DNA of 64,000 nt. It comes from Oligoflexales bacterium (GTDB taxonomy: Bacteria > Bdellovibrionota_B > Oligoflexia > Oligoflexales > CAIYRB01). Location: positions 32,001-96,000 of the forward strand of contig JBGSUI010000246.1 of NCBI GenBank assembly GCA_041736175.1. Direction: 5' to 3'. Below the pieces are notes generated by a model. That model saw only the letters and a list, made by a program, of their open reading frames with translations, did no database searches and was not told the DNA's origin. Made by a program: the position numbers and the translations under genes. Each line of letters begins with the position of its first letter. Within the stretch, counting starts at the first letter, position 1. Below, piece after piece: positions 18,853 to 28,485 of this stretch.

Positions 18853-20364
18853 TTGCAGGAGAGCATGATGATAAGTAAGTTTAAATGGCTGTTTTGTATT
18901 GCTTTAATCAATAGTTCATGTCTGACAACCCAAAGATCCTCCAATCCTCAAATCATTGGAGGAGAGGAAACCACAGCCTATGAGGCGGTGGGGGTTTTAG
19001 CGCAAAATGCCAAAGACCTTTGCACAGCCAGTCTGATTGGTCCCCAACTTATCGTGACTGCTGCCCATTGTGTTTATCCATTAAAGACTGGAATGAAATT
19101 CTCATTTCATATAGGACCACGTTTTAGTGAGTCAAAGGGGTTTTCGATCGTGGAGTGCACTCCACATAGCCAATATGATGACGTGAGTAACGATTTCGAT
19201 ATTGCATTATGTCGCACGGCCCAAGTTGTGCCTGCCAAGCCCCTGCGAGTGGCTACAAAGCTTGATGAAAAATCCATTGGAAGGATGGTGACGATTGTTG
19301 GTTATGGCCGTCGTGAAAAGCCGGAGACGGGATCTGGGGGAGGTGGCGGGATTAAACGAAAAGGCACCCTTAAGATGGTTGCCCTATCGGCGTCTAAGTT
19401 TAAAGCCGAAAGTCCTGGTGTGAGCTCATGCAACGGAGATTCAGGTGGTCCAGCCTTTTTGCCTGGCGAAGACGGCGAGCCGGAGATCGCTGGGATTGTT
19501 TCCTGCGGTGATTTTAATTGTGAAAGCTATGGTGTTTATACAAGAGCGGATGTTTTTGGTCAGTTTTTAGGCTTAACACCTAAACCTGATTTTGCGGGAC
19601 CGCTCTTAAAGTGTCCACCCCAATCCTTCGGGGGGATCTGCCAAGGATCGGTGCTTACCTCCTGCAAATCCGACTGTTTTGAGGCAAAGATTTCGACCAA
19701 GGACTGTGCCCTAGTCCCCCAGGGGAGCTGTTATCAATATAAAGAACGAAAGACCGCTACTTGTATCGATGGGACCTGGAGGAGTGTCACATTCAATATA
19801 TCTGAAGTCGCTTTTCGCAATGGCCAGCTTGAGGTGGTAGGTCCTTATGAGGGTGACCTCTTCTTTGACGAGTCTAGTGTGCATGCTTCGACTGGGGCCC
19901 ATGGGCGTCTCAATGGAGAGAGAGTGGTCACGGAGTTGTTACCTCTAGGTCCGCATAAACTTCAGGTAAGACGATTTCATTCAGCCAGTAGCATTGGGGT
20001 CAGTAAGCCGATTTTATTTGATGTTAAAGCAAACACCCAGTCTGTTGACTTGATTCTAGGAAAAATTCCCATCTTTCTGACGGTCAAGGGAAAGCTACAG
20101 ACTTCTGAATCCTTCTATATCACTGGTCAGACCCAGGTCCTTGGTGACTGGAAGACCGCCTTTAAACTTACCAAAGCAGGGGATGGATTCCTTTTTCAAG
20201 ATTTACTGCCAGTCGGGTTAGAGTATAAAATCCTTAAAGCGAAAAGCAGCATGGATCGCATCGAGATCGACTCAAAGGCTCTGTGGCAAAAAGGTCCCAA
20301 TCGCATGTTTGATGCGCCTATGTTGGTCCATGGTGTGGTCGAGACCGTGACTCCCGAATTCTAA
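18853..20364 (+). CDS. Secreted trypsin-like (S1) serine protease with Cys-rich segment and C-terminal CBM20-like domain
   Basis: IIGG, TAAHC, DIAL, GDSGGP; C-terminal FYITGQTQVLGDWK...LEYKI...WQKGPNR. Confidence 0.88.
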   Translation: MQESMMISKFKWLFCIALINSSCLTTQRSSNPQIIGGEETTAYEAVGVLAQNAKDLCTASLIGPQLIVTAAHCVYPLKTGMKFSFHIGPRFSESKGFSIVECTPHSQYDDVSNDFDIALCRTAQVVPAKPLRVATKLDEKSIGRMVTIVGYGRREKPETGSGGGGGIKRKGTLKMVALSASKFKAESPGVSSCNGDSGGPAFLPGEDGEPEIAGIVSCGDFNCESYGVYTRADVFGQFLGLTPKPDFAGPLLKCPPQSFGGICQGSVLTSCKSDCFEAKISTKDCALVPQGSCYQYKERKTATCIDGTWRSVTFNISEVAFRNGQLEVVGPYEGDLFFDESSVHASTGAHGRLNGERVVTELLPLGPHKLQVRRFHSASSIGVSKPILFDVKANTQSVDLILGKIPIFLTVKGKLQTSESFYITGQTQVLGDWKTAFKLTKAGDGFLFQDLLPVGLEYKILKAKSSMDRIEIDSKALWQKGPNRMFDAPMLVHGVVETVTPEF

Positions 20365-21047
20365 CGAGTCGGCGAGGGTGCCGGGGTCACAATCCATGGT
20401 ATGGCCTGTTGGCGGGTGTCGTAGTCAGAAAGCAGCACGTATTTTTGACATACATCTGGATTTGATTCCAAGGCTAAACACCGATCATGGTCCCGCAGGA
20501 TGATTTCGAGCCATCCTTCTTGGGGATTTTGCGGCACCCAGTCTACAGTCACGACTGAGGCGAGCGGGTCTTTCGAAAGATTCGGTTTGACCAGGGCTTT
20601 TTCCGGGAGGCGGTTGAGGAGCACCACCACTTTTCGGCGGGATTTGGAGCTTTTTTCCTTTTCGCTTAAAGGATCATAGCCTTGGATTTTCCACGAGAGG
20701 GGCTGGCCGACGACCCCTCGAAAAACCCCGTTGGACGCTCCTTCAATGCGAGAGCTCATACTGATGGGAGAGCATTCCTCCCTAATGCACTTAGTAGACT
20801 TTGTGGTTGCAGGAAGTGAATCGGTGCCAGAGTAGTAGTCACTATTGTCAACGATTGTTTCGGTGTCGCGGCTGCAGGAGGTCACTAATGGGAAAAAGCC
20901 ACCAAAAATCCAGATAAACTTGGTGTAAAACCAAGCTTTATACAAAGTAAAGTATAAATTTCTTATGGATGACTTCTCCATAGATTCCTCGCGATCCCGT
21001 TCCTTTTTCTTAACTCCTAAACACTTATTATAAGAGTAAGGCTGCAA
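20361..21047 (-). CDS. Hypothetical lipoprotein (start probably downstream of the ORF call)
   Basis: Hydrophobic stretch ending LVTSC. Confidence 0.6.
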   Translation of the reverse strand: MQPYSYNKCLGVKKKERDREESMEKSSIRNLYFTLYKAWFYTKFIWIFGGFFPLVTSCSRDTETIVDNSDYYSGTDSLPATTKSTKCIREECSPISMSSRIEGASNGVFRGVVGQPLSWKIQGYDPLSEKEKSSKSRRKVVVLLNRLPEKALVKPNLSKDPLASVVTVDWVPQNPQEGWLEIILRDHDRCLALESNPDVCQKYVLLSDYDTRQQAIPWIVTPAPSPTR

Positions 21048-21167
21048 GATTTAGGCCAAAATCGTCTATGAGAGATTCTGGGTCATTATGTCGATTATTT
21101 TGTGATGGGGGTGTCTATCCTTTTTTCACCCTATAAAAAATAGAGTCATTGAGCGTTATCCACGCCG

Positions 21168-21298
21168 GCCTAGCGATTAAGGCTTGGCGCGCCGCATTCG
21201 AGCCATTCCGATAGGATAGATTTCTGGGATTTGGGGATTTCTTGGGTTGGTGGCATAGGATTTTTTGCGGCAGAAATCGTCCGAAGGATGATAAGAGC
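21168..21298 (-). repeat. Orphan 131-bp copy of the 3' end of CDS 22571..23047 (direct repeat with 22569..22699)
   Basis: Hand alignment at offset 1401 shows 5 mismatches and no gaps; includes the TAG stop. Confidence 0.95.
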
Positions 21299-21422
21299 AT
21301 TTAATAGCTCCTATTTTAAGAAAAAGCCTTCACCCGAAGGTCCCTTTTGTCAGACACGCCCCTAGATATTGCATCAAATTAGATCAACTATACTTTTATA
21401 AGCATAAATTTTAAACTCAAGT

Positions 21423-21464
21423 TTGACCTTAATAATGCCAATGGAATACAATGTATTCCATTGG
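21423..21464 (+). promoter_or_regulatory. Promoter overlapped by a perfect palindromic operator
   Basis: TTGACC-N18-TACAAT; CCAATGGAATACA-A-TGTATTCCATTGG at 21438..21464. Confidence 0.8.
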
Positions 21465-21477
21465 AGGATAAGGAGAT

Positions 21478-21777
21478 GTGCTGATGGTTAAAAGAGGTCG
21501 GGGTGGAGGAATCAAGCATGTCCTCTTTAAGCTAAAAGATGGAAGCCTTATTTTTTCAATCAATCAACCTGATCATAATCCTCCGCATATACATGTCGAA
21601 CGTGCTAACGGGTCTCGTGCTGTTTTTCTCATTAAAAGCCAAGAGGTTATCATTCAAAATGGATTTAAAGACAGCGAACTTAATGAAGTTAAAAAATATC
21701 TTAAACTTCGCAAAGATCATATTTTAAAGCGTTGGGAAGAAATACACGTTGAGATAAAAAACGGAGAATCATCATGA
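21478..21777 (+). CDS. DUF4160-family protein (HicA-like putative toxin)
   Basis: DHNPPHIHV motif, terminal ILKRWEEIH; AAGGAG before GTG. Confidence 0.8.
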   Translation: MLMVKRGRGGGIKHVLFKLKDGSLIFSINQPDHNPPHIHVERANGSRAVFLIKSQEVIIQNGFKDSELNEVKKYLKLRKDHILKRWEEIHVEIKNGESS

Positions 21778-22280
21778 AATCAAGACATATTGTACCAGAG
21801 AGACTTAGAAAACAAGGCGTTACCTACGATGCTGATTCTGATGAATATATTACAAAATCCGGCTACCGCGTCCCTAGAGAAGAATTTGATTTGAAACCTT
21901 CGGCAAACAGCAGAGAAATTATAGAAAGCACATTAAATCCTTCTAATATCAAGGAAAAAATAAGCTTTTGGATTGATCAGGACCTGCTGGATTGCATTAA
22001 AAAAGAGGCTAATAAAATCGCTCATAAAAAGTACACCCACCTCATTAATGAGGTCTTGAGGCAGTATTTTTTCAATGAAAAAAATGAAAAATCGCAACTA
22101 ACATTAGAAATTTTTCGCCAAGAAATGTTAGACTTAAAAACCAAAATATTTTCTGGCAACGATTTTATAGAGAAGATTACGGAGAAAGCTGAACACCAGC
22201 GAGGATTGAATACGGGTGGCTTGATGGCAACAAAACGGAAGGCGAAGTCTTCAAGAAAAAAGGCGGTTAAATCGATTTAA
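21774..22280 (+). CDS. Putative antitoxin with ribbon-helix-helix (BrnA/CopG-like) domain
   Basis: KEKISFWIDQDLLDCIKKEA...KYTHLINEVLRQY; ATGA coupling to the upstream gene. Confidence 0.72.
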   Translation: MKSRHIVPERLRKQGVTYDADSDEYITKSGYRVPREEFDLKPSANSREIIESTLNPSNIKEKISFWIDQDLLDCIKKEANKIAHKKYTHLINEVLRQYFFNEKNEKSQLTLEIFRQEMLDLKTKIFSGNDFIEKITEKAEHQRGLNTGGLMATKRKAKSSRKKAVKSI

Positions 22281-22570
22281 TTGAGCTGATTGTCCTATAG
22301 TGTTCAAAAAAAACAGACTCCACTCTTATTACGGAGTGGAGCCCATCTGACGTCGACCTCTTTAAATAAAAAAGAAGTGGTAACAGCAAACAAAGAGAAA
22401 AAGCAACGAGGTAAATGCTACTAACTGCAATTAACACCTTTTTGGCAACTGAATCACGAGTCCTATATCCCATAAATCACCAGCCTCCCTGAGGACGATG
22501 TTAAGCTTTTAAAAGCCATAATCAAAAATCCAATGATTCCATGGCATTTTAAAAAAATCTGGAGAAGTGC

Positions 22571-23047
22571 CTAGCGATTAAGGCTTGGCGCGCCGCATTC
22601 GAGCCATTCCGATAGGATAGCTTTCTGGGATTTGGGGATTTCTTGGGTTGGTGGCATAGGATTTTTTGCGGCAGAATTCGTCCGTAGGATAATCAGAGCC
22701 CGCCATCTTTGGACGTCTCCGGCTGTATCAAAGTTAGTCTCAAGGGGGGCTCCAGCGCGCAGATTGGTCGGGACTTTTTGACTGTGACACGCTAAACAAA
22801 ATTGGGACATAAATCCTGAGCCGAAATTTTCGTAGCTCGACATCGTACCCTTTGGGCAGTTTAGAAGCGTCATATTAGGGTAGGGGTAAAGGTTGGCGAT
22901 GGGTGGTGGCTCAGTAGGCGCCGGTTTATCTGGTCCGTAGTCTTCGTCGCTTGGACCACAGCTGAGGATTAAAAATAGGAAACATCCCCAGCCGAGGATA
23001 AAGCATCTCAGGAATGACAGTTTTAAAATTTGATAGCCTAGGTTCAT
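22571..23047 (-). CDS. Monoheme c-type cytochrome-like lipoprotein
   Basis: ILSC lipobox, CLACH heme motif, PMPP, LSEWLECGAP. Confidence 0.8.
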   Translation of the reverse strand: MNLGYQILKLSFLRCFILGWGCFLFLILSCGPSDEDYGPDKPAPTEPPPIANLYPYPNMTLLNCPKGTMSSYENFGSGFMSQFCLACHSQKVPTNLRAGAPLETNFDTAGDVQRWRALIILRTNSAAKNPMPPTQEIPKSQKAILSEWLECGAPSLNR

Positions 23048-24234
23048 ATTTTGGAGTCCATTTGAATGATAGATGATAGTGGCTTTGTGTCGGGTATCAA
23101 CAATTTTGCCGGGAGGTTATATCGCAAATAGAGGCTCGCAAAAATGTGACTTGGTTCAATCAAAACAGCGTTAGGACCACCTGCAGAACCAAAAACCGGG
23201 TCTATGGGGACCCCTCTTAGGGCTGGATCCGTTTGTCCAGAAACAGAATATGGTTTGATACCAGGCCCCCATAATAGCATCGAGGTATAGGGCCAAGGGC
23301 CTTTACCCTCAGCGCTATTGAGCTTTGGAGATCGACCCCGATCGGAGAGGACCACTACGACCATGGAAGAGAGCACACCTTTTGCTTCAGCATAAGCCAT
23401 GATAAGAGCGAGTTCTGAAAAAAGCGACTCGAAAAGGACTGACTGGGTCGCAAAGTGATTGGTGTAAGTGTCCCATTTGCTGCCTTTACCGTGGGTGATC
23501 GCTGCACAAAGGCTGTTGGATTTTGCAAACATCTCCACGGCGACTTTGCCCGAAACCAGAAAATCCGATTCTTTTTCGCCAGGCTTCAGTTCCTTTATTA
23601 TTTTGGACAATGCAGATGACAAGGGATTGTAGCGGAGCGAAGCTGCAGCAAGGCTCGCCACCTTATCGCCATCCAGGGTCCCTTCGGCTACGGTGCTTAA
23701 AAATTTGGTCATCTCCGCTTTTTTGTAGGTGTCCATAAGAAGCTCAATTTTGTCCGGAATTAATTCGGCTTCAACTGGCGTAGAAACAGCTATTTTTCGC
23801 AGTTCGTTGACGGTTACGGGATAGCTTACACTGGGTAAAGACCCTGGGTAAAAGGGCGTGTCTATGACCAAGTAGGGGGCAATGAGTGTAGGATTTATAT
23901 TCGAAGCATAAAAGGTCAGCCAGTCTACTGGGCGGAATTTATCGGGTGGTACGACACTTAACATTTTTTGGGCTGCCTTTGATTGTTCCATAGACCCCAC
24001 ATGGACTCCGTTGATAAAAGCTGCATTCCCACCGTAAGTATCGATCCACTTTTTGACGGCGGGTCTTTGAGGGTGGCTTACATAGGGAAGGCTGTTAGGT
24101 CCTAGAGCTAAGGTAGCGCCTGATTCTTGGCTAACATAGGCCGATTCTAGTTTGGGATCAAAAACCATAGTCGGATCCCAGCCACCACTGACATAGACCA
24201 ATAGAATAAAGGGACTAAGACCTTGCGTGAGCAT
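23044..24234 (-). CDS. DUF1501-family protein
   Basis: SGGWDPTMVFDPK, KWDT, VVVVLSDRGRSP; ATG 24234. Confidence 0.75.
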   Translation of the reverse strand: MLTQGLSPFILLVYVSGGWDPTMVFDPKLESAYVSQESGATLALGPNSLPYVSHPQRPAVKKWIDTYGGNAAFINGVHVGSMEQSKAAQKMLSVVPPDKFRPVDWLTFYASNINPTLIAPYLVIDTPFYPGSLPSVSYPVTVNELRKIAVSTPVEAELIPDKIELLMDTYKKAEMTKFLSTVAEGTLDGDKVASLAAASLRYNPLSSALSKIIKELKPGEKESDFLVSGKVAVEMFAKSNSLCAAITHGKGSKWDTYTNHFATQSVLFESLFSELALIMAYAEAKGVLSSMVVVVLSDRGRSPKLNSAEGKGPWPYTSMLLWGPGIKPYSVSGQTDPALRGVPIDPVFGSAGGPNAVLIEPSHIFASLYLRYNLPAKLLIPDTKPLSSIIQMDSKI

Positions 24235-24242
24235 AAATGCCT

Positions 24243-26093
24243 CTAGTATGAGTAAAATTTGGGATGGGTTAAGATCACATTGATGATGGTCTGCCATGCG
24301 AGATAGTAAGCTTCGATATCGTTAGGTGGCTTGCCTGACTGGGACTTTGCGTCTTCCCAGAGGGTGTAGAGGTCCAGGAGGCTTTGGCTGCGGTTTTCTA
24401 GTGTTTCTGAAGTTAGTTTAAACCAAAGGGATTTAATTTGGTTAGCGATTTCGTCCGGTGAGGCTTTAAGTGGCAGTCCGGAAGGTAGTTCGTTAAAGAG
24501 TTTTCGATCTTGGGGATTGACCCCGTCTTTGAGTTCTTCTCGGGTGATCCTATAGGAAAATTTGCGAGTTATATCTTCTATAGCTCTTAGGTAGCGTATA
24601 TTGGGCAACATCGTAAGGTCGTTAAAATCACTAAAATCGTTGTAAGTCGGTTCTAAATCCTCCGAAAAAACAAAAGTGTTCGCCTGTGGCAATAACGATT
24701 TTAGGATTGTTTCCCAATGGATTTTTCTTAGGACTCTAAAGCCCGAAACCTCTTGGTTTTCGCGGCTTATCGGAGCAGCGGTTGGTTGCGATTTAGGATC
24801 TTTCGGATCTTTCGTAGCTTTCGGGTCTTTCGGGTCATTGGTATTTTTTGAATCTTTTGGGTCCACTTTAGAAGTGCTTTTATCATCCTGGGTAGCTTGC
24901 TCACTTCCTGGTTGAGGGCTTGATTTTACATTGGTAGGGGCTATATTAAAGTTGCGTGACCGCAGGAGCCACTTAAGAGATTTTCTAAGAATTTGGTCTT
25001 CGTAGACGAGATCGTCAAAACTTAAGGCTGTTGATTGTCTAAGTTGCGAGTTGTAGGGCATCTGTAGGATCAAACTAGAAAGTTTTTCAATTTGGCAGCG
25101 GAAAAAGAGGGAGCTACTCCCCAGTTTTATACCAAACTCTTCCAGACCCGTAAAACTGATAGGGCCAAAAGAACCGGAGGGCACCTGGGCCGGAGCCTTA
25201 TAGGTTTTCCATTCACTCCAGGTTTTTCCATCGGCCAATCCCGCAAAAGCGGGCGCGATTTGCTGAAAGGCGCCATGGCATGCTACGCACGGGGCTTTTT
25301 GTGCGCTGAGTGACGTCAGATCGCCTTGTAACTCAACACTTTCAAGATCGGAAAAAACATGGGTTTTCGATTGACTCATGGAATCGCAGGCGAGCGCACT
25401 TAAAATTTTGTGCACCCGATGTTGGCCCGATGGATCGCCTCGCGTCGGAAATGTCGCCAGAAAACCATTTAAAGGCAAGACCCCAGCTGGAGGGCGCTGG
25501 TCAGGATAGGTGAAGGTTATATAAGGCGAATTTTGCCAGGTTGTCGAACTATTGGTGATATCATAGAGTGTCGCTAGACTGTTATGTATATTAGAAAACT
25601 GAAAAGTCAGAAGATTTCTAAGTGGCTGGTTGTCTTCAAAAAGAACTTTTATGGCAGAAATCGGTTCGTGGCGTATATGAGCTTTGGTGAGTTCGGTCAG
25701 CTCCTTACTAAGATTAGAGTCTTTTTCAATGAGTGCTTCTAAGTCGTTTAAATGAGCATTTTTAATGTTCCAAATGTAGCCAAAATTATCAGCAAATATT
25801 TCGTAGGATAGCTGCTGCTCCAAGAGAAAATCAGTCCAAATATTGATTTTTTCAGGAGCTAAAGACAGCTTTTCTATTTCCAACCCCGACGGGAGCTGGC
25901 CTGTCAGTTCGATTTTTATCCTCCGAATCTGGCGGGGAATTGGCAATCGATCGGTGATTGATGGCGCTGATTCCTTGGGTGGCGATTCTTCGGTTGTGGA
26001 GGAAGATGGTTTTGGCTTTTTGTCGGTTGCTAGTGACAAGCCACAGGAGACTATGAACGTTGATAGTGCGCATAAATAAAAATTAGTATGCAT
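24243..26093 (-). CDS. Heme-binding lipoprotein of the DUF1585/1588/1592-type cluster
   Basis: IVSC lipobox, RQIRRIKIELTGQLPS, RPPAGVL, CVACH, terminal ILTHPKFYSY; internal DPK repeats. Confidence 0.65.
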   Translation of the reverse strand: MHTNFYLCALSTFIVSCGLSLATDKKPKPSSSTTEESPPKESAPSITDRLPIPRQIRRIKIELTGQLPSGLEIEKLSLAPEKINIWTDFLLEQQLSYEIFADNFGYIWNIKNAHLNDLEALIEKDSNLSKELTELTKAHIRHEPISAIKVLFEDNQPLRNLLTFQFSNIHNSLATLYDITNSSTTWQNSPYITFTYPDQRPPAGVLPLNGFLATFPTRGDPSGQHRVHKILSALACDSMSQSKTHVFSDLESVELQGDLTSLSAQKAPCVACHGAFQQIAPAFAGLADGKTWSEWKTYKAPAQVPSGSFGPISFTGLEEFGIKLGSSSLFFRCQIEKLSSLILQMPYNSQLRQSTALSFDDLVYEDQILRKSLKWLLRSRNFNIAPTNVKSSPQPGSEQATQDDKSTSKVDPKDSKNTNDPKDPKATKDPKDPKSQPTAAPISRENQEVSGFRVLRKIHWETILKSLLPQANTFVFSEDLEPTYNDFSDFNDLTMLPNIRYLRAIEDITRKFSYRITREELKDGVNPQDRKLFNELPSGLPLKASPDEIANQIKSLWFKLTSETLENRSQSLLDLYTLWEDAKSQSGKPPNDIEAYYLAWQTIINVILTHPKFYSY

Positions 26094-26113
26094 AGTTGGG
26101 GGTCCTCAGTTCC

Positions 26114-26140
26114 TATTCGGATTGAGGACTTTTCATTTGA
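26114..26140 (-). promoter_or_regulatory. Sigma28-like promoter
   Basis: TCAAATGA-N11-TCCGAATA upstream of ATG 26093. Confidence 0.5.
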
Positions 26141-26179
26141 TAGGCAAAAAACTTCTAGGCAATCGTAGCGGCGTTCCAT

Positions 26180-26368
26180 CTACCGGTATTGGGGTAACAC
26201 AGAAATCGAGATCCTTGGTGCTTCGGTGTTCTCTATGTTGGTCGACCGAATGCCAGGTGCTTCTGGATGTTGACTCGCATTACAGGAGACCATCGGAAAA
26301 ACTCCTAACGATCCGAGTACAAGAAGTATTTCTTTTAGGGTCACACGGGTTTTAGCGGAATCTTTCAT
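26180..26368 (-). CDS. Small putative lipoprotein
   Basis: GAGGAG ribosome-binding site; hydrophobic stretch ending MVSC. Confidence 0.4.
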   Translation of the reverse strand: MKDSAKTRVTLKEILLVLGSLGVFPMVSCNASQHPEAPGIRSTNIENTEAPRISISVLPQYR

Positions 26369-26641
26369 TGGGCTTCTCCTCGTTCTATGTTCTATTTGTC
26401 TTTTCGGAAAGAGCTATGGTTTTCTTGAGGGAAAGTCACATATTTCCAGAATGCTGAATTATTTAGACCAGGTGGGCCTGACGAGGAGTCCAAAATAGGG
26501 AGATTTGGGAGCAACATTAGGTTGGGGTAGGTCCATTTCAGCGCGGATTTGTTGCTTGGAAGAGAAGGTTGATTATGCTAATGTCGGCCCGCTTGCAGAA
26601 AAGCCAGCGGCCTTAGCTAACCCACTAAGAGGATTAGAAAA

Positions 26642-27565
26642 ATGGTGGATCAAGCGGACCAGCCTAACCAAAAGCTCCATATCGGGAAACCCCCCTGGCT
26701 CAAGACTCCGATAGGCCGTGGCGAAAACTTTTTTGAAATAAAGCAGGATCTAAGAGAACGAAAGCTTTTTACGGTCTGCGAAGAAGCAAAATGTCCTAAC
26801 ATAGGACAATGTTGGAACGATAGAACCGCGACCTTTATGATTTTAGGAGATACCTGTACGCGAGGGTGTCGGTTTTGCCACATCAAGACAGGCAATCCCA
26901 ATGGCTGGTATGATCCGGAAGAGCCAGACAAAGTGGCCGATTTAGCCAGGTCCTTAAAGTTAAACTATGCTGTGATCACCATGGTTGATCGGGACGATAT
27001 GGACGATGGCGGGGCCGCACATGTGGCGCGGGTGGTGGCGCGGGTTAAGCAGGTTAACCCTGGAATTCGAGTGGAAGTCCTCGCGGGAGATTTCAACAAT
27101 CGGGACCAGTCATTGTTGGCGGTTCTTTCTGCTGAGCCGGAGGTTTTTGCCCACAATGTAGAGACCGTAGAAAGACTGACTCCAAGGGTTCGGGATGCTC
27201 GCGCTGGTTATAGGCAGTCCCTTGAGGTTTTGCAAAAGGTTAAGACACTCAGTTCTGACCGACCGATTTTCACAAAAAGTGCTCTGATGCTAGGCTTGGG
27301 CGAAGACTTAGCGGAAGTTCTTCAGACTCTCGGGGATTTGCGAGAGCACGGGGTGGATTTCTTGACCATAGGTCAGTATTTGAGGCCAACGAAAAAGCAT
27401 TTATCGATCAAGCGTTGGGTGCATCCCGACGAATTTGATGATATTGGCAAACAGGCAAAGGCAATGGGTTTTCTCGGTGTGGTCTCCGGACCTTTGGTCC
27501 GAAGTTCCTACAAAGCAGGTGAGTTTTATGCAAAGGCACTTAAGGATAGCCAACCAAAGGAGTGA
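26642..27565 (+). CDS. lipA: Lipoyl synthase
   Basis: CEEAKCPNIGQC, CTRGCRFC, GPLVRSSY. Confidence 0.97.
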   Translation: MVDQADQPNQKLHIGKPPWLKTPIGRGENFFEIKQDLRERKLFTVCEEAKCPNIGQCWNDRTATFMILGDTCTRGCRFCHIKTGNPNGWYDPEEPDKVADLARSLKLNYAVITMVDRDDMDDGGAAHVARVVARVKQVNPGIRVEVLAGDFNNRDQSLLAVLSAEPEVFAHNVETVERLTPRVRDARAGYRQSLEVLQKVKTLSSDRPIFTKSALMLGLGEDLAEVLQTLGDLREHGVDFLTIGQYLRPTKKHLSIKRWVHPDEFDDIGKQAKAMGFLGVVSGPLVRSSYKAGEFYAKALKDSQPKE

Positions 27566-28485
27566 AGGAGATTTCAGGAATCGAAATGCGGACTGATAAA
27601 CGAGGTGCTTTTGAATGGACTTGTCTGGATCGAGCGTTGGCCTATCTTGTCGAAGGAATTGTAAGGTTAGTTTGTTTTTTTCCAAAGGATGTCATCGAAG
27701 TCACTGGGGTGATTTTGGCCAATGTGGTTTGTGTTTGGGGTGGCAAAAACCGGATGCGAATCTACAAGAACACCCAACTCGTCTATAACCTTCCCGAGCA
27801 AAGCCATTTTGCTAAAATGTTTGTGCGGCAGATCATAGGCCATCAGGTCCATTGTTTCCTAGAGACTGTAAAGTTTATTCTGCAACCCCAAAGCGTCAGA
27901 GTGATCGGTCTACAAGATCTCGAGTCCCAGATCAAAGAGGCCGAAGCACAGGGTTTAGGGCATATCATTGTAACGGGGCATGTGGGCAGTTGGGAAATGG
28001 TGGCCTACTATGGCAACCTGGTTAGCCAAAAGCCTTTCCATGTTCTTGCTAAGCCATCGAGATTTCGTGGTTTCACGTTGTTTTTGGAGCGTCTTAGACT
28101 CAAAATGGGAACGCCAGTCCTCTGGAACCATAAAAAAAATCTGGTCAGAGAAATACTGGGGGCCCTCAGGCGGGGAGAGTCCATTGGCTTTGTGATGGAT
28201 CAGAAACCAGAGGGTCGAAAAGGACCCCTTGTGAGTTTTTTTGAGATGCCTACTGCTTTTGTCGGAGGGCCGGCTTCCATAGCGATTAAAACCCGGTGTG
28301 CGATTATAGGGGTCTTTTGTTTACGGGAGAGTCCTTTTGAATACCGGATCCTTTCCCGAACCCTTGCGCCGGCAGGACACCAGTATCAGGATGAGATCGA
28401 GTTGACCCAAATCATGGCTAGAGAGATCGAAGGCATTATTAAAGCTTATCCAGAACAGTGGCTTTGGAACTATAAACGTTGGTAG
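27562..28485 (+). CDS. LpxL/HtrB-like lipid A or lysophospholipid acyltransferase
   Basis: TGHVGSWE, FVMDQ, PEQWLWNYKRW. Confidence 0.87.
   Translation: MKEISGIEMRTDKRGAFEWTCLDRALAYLVEGIVRLVCFFPKDVIEVTGVILANVVCVWGGKNRMRIYKNTQLVYNLPEQSHFAKMFVRQIIGHQVHCFLETVKFILQPQSVRVIGLQDLESQIKEAEAQGLGHIIVTGHVGSWEMVAYYGNLVSQKPFHVLAKPSRFRGFTLFLERLRLKMGTPVLWNHKKNLVREILGALRRGESIGFVMDQKPEGRKGPLVSFFEMPTAFVGGPASIAIKTRCAIIGVFCLRESPFEYRILSRTLAPAGHQYQDEIELTQIMAREIEGIIKAYPEQWLWNYKRW

Noticed and set aside
21168..21298. DGR template repeat for the 3' end of CDS 22571..23047
   Set aside because: Four of five mismatches are A on the plus strand, but on the coding strand they are T or C; three are synonymous, there is no AAY pattern and no RT. 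Allelic divergence at an insertion site fits better
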